A DNA stretch of 63,767 nucleotides, filler included, from Lenisia limosa (taxonomy: Eukaryota > Protista > Breviatea): assembly GCA_001655205.1 (NCBI GenBank). It is 15 parts of 15 records of this genome, joined end to end, with 100 filler letters (N's around TTAATTAATTAA, not from the genome) between each part and the next. Parts side by side here need not be neighbours in the genome. Positions count along the whole stretch, not along the records: positions 61,396 to 62,538 come from LPNZ01008811.1; positions 62,639 to 63,767 come from LPNZ01003921.1; 13 more parts are not named here. One strand, 5' to 3'. A program made the position numbers and the translations under genes. Shown in pieces: positions 62,492 through 63,767 of the stretch (within the stretch, counting starts at the first letter, position 1; every line of letters starts with the position of its first letter). The notes below the pieces were generated by a model, which worked only from the letters and a program-made list of their open reading frames with translations, searched no databases and had not been told where the DNA came from.

Positions 62492-63108
62492 GTGTGATGG
62501 GGGGGGGGGGTCAATTGTAGAAAGGCAAATAAGCCTAANNNNNNNNNNNNNNNNNNNNNNNNNNNNNNNNNNNNNNNNNNNNTTAATTAATTAANNNNNN
62601 NNNNNNNNNNNNNNNNNNNNNNNNNNNNNNNNNNNNNNAACTTTTATCCTGATATTTTTTGGAAAAGTAATTGACAAAATTAATTTTAAGAAATTATTGG
62701 TTCAGAAAATATAATTGAAATTAATTTTTTCACAATTAATTGCGAATTAAAAATTAATTTCAGAAAAAATTAGTTGCACCGACTTCTAGAAAAAAGCCTT
62801 AAATCAAATCGCAAGAGGGTTGAGCAACAACAAAACAAACAAGCCCAGGCCAGTTTGGTAAAATACTGTTGTTAGATCGGAAAACAACAGAGAAAACGCA
62901 AAGGCTTAGCTGTTGGGGGGAGGAGGTAGGAGAATATACTACGAAATATAAAATCCCAAAATTAACACTCTTTGAAACAAAAAAAAAACCCCCCCCCAGA
63001 AACACTCCGAAGGCAAAATGTTTGATAAAGCATGGGTCAACAACACAAGGTCTAGCGGTTCAATATTTCATATTTGAACGTTATACTAGACATTTTATTT
63101 CGTGATAT

Positions 63109-63681
63109 CTATAAATTCCCAACTGAGCGAAGTAGTTGTTCGGCAGCCAGCTCCTTGAGTGACGGGATGTGGAAGATCTGAGACTACACGGGTGAAGGTT
63201 GTTACCAAGTTCAAAGAGACGTAATAAAAATAATAAAAATGTTGAGACCCACAAAAATGGTTTCAAGAATCCACATGGGTATTATCATTTTTACAGCTGT
63301 GAAGTGACATGATAATTATGGAAAACTGGAGCTACCAATATATGTACAATGACCGGGAGAAGTCTTGACTGATTTTCCTTGGGGAAATCACATAGTTAAA
63401 CTGTCAAGACTTATCCCGGTCACTGAATATTATATGAAGAATATCATAAGCTTGGGAAGACACATTTAATCCAAAGATAATGACAAATATAAAATGAGAA
63501 AATATGAAAAACTACTATTACAAATATCAAAACTAATAATTGAATAAGGTACACTCATATCAACGTCCTTCCTCAATTCCCCCCGTACAACAGGGGCCTT
63601 GAGACATTCGTTACAGGAGCAGCGCCGACAGGGAACTTCATCTACTCGACTTAAGACCTTTCCCATCAACATGCACTTGTT
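63109..63681 (-). CDS. 3' end of a protein with a BC-box/SOCS-like C-terminus
   Basis: Exon NKCMLMGKVLSRVDEVPCRRCSCNECLKAP.. and terminal exon SQIFHIPSLKELAAEQLLRSVGNL ending in TAG. Confidence 0.4.
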
Positions 63682-63767
63682 CTGGGAGGGGGAGGGGTGA
63701 GTAAAATGGAACATTATGAAAAAAAGGCAATATTATTCATTGAAAATTCTTAGACCCCCCCCCCCCC

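Noticed and set aside
3968-62594. Recurrent palindrome TTAATTAATTAA as a biological motif
   Set aside because: Always centred in N-runs and encodes stops in six frames, so it is an assembly linker.
1-63767. tRNA, rRNA or snRNA genes
   Set aside because: None recognised by eye. A tRNAscan-SE or Infernal run would be needed to exclude them.

Overview
Eukaryotic (intron-rich, probably protist) draft assembly. The window is 15 small scaffolds joined by 14 artificial N-TTAATTAATTAA-N linkers, so neighbourhoods across linkers mean nothing. Manually spliced exons give recognisable, mostly partial genes: KDSR/TSC10-like SDR, cathepsin Z, CPSF30/YTH1, TFIIS-N domain protein, Aquarius helicase, WD40 plus coiled-coil protein, family A DNA polymerase (Pol theta/nu-like), REX1-type exonuclease, OST48/WBP1, DHHC palmitoyltransferase, cytoplasmic dynein heavy chain, and an intron-containing Tc1 transposase relic. 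The standard genetic code fits. Introns fall into two classes: short canonical ones, and long ones filled with at least six dispersed repeat families (hAT MITE, Tc1-type MITE, Helitron-like element, 50-bp mini-MITE, two unclassified). The most striking signal is repeat family B, about 110-160 nt and about 20 copies. Wherever the host gene orientation can be read it is in the sense orientation. Its 3' end supplies the likely branch point, poly-C tract and AG acceptor of introns in unrelated genes, and its 5' module follows a GT donor in one case. This pattern fits an Introner-like intron-generating element. Many introns also start with a G-run and end with a C-run. One Pol A intron appears to end in CG instead of AG. 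All alignments were done by eye; no database searches were run and the organism is not identified.
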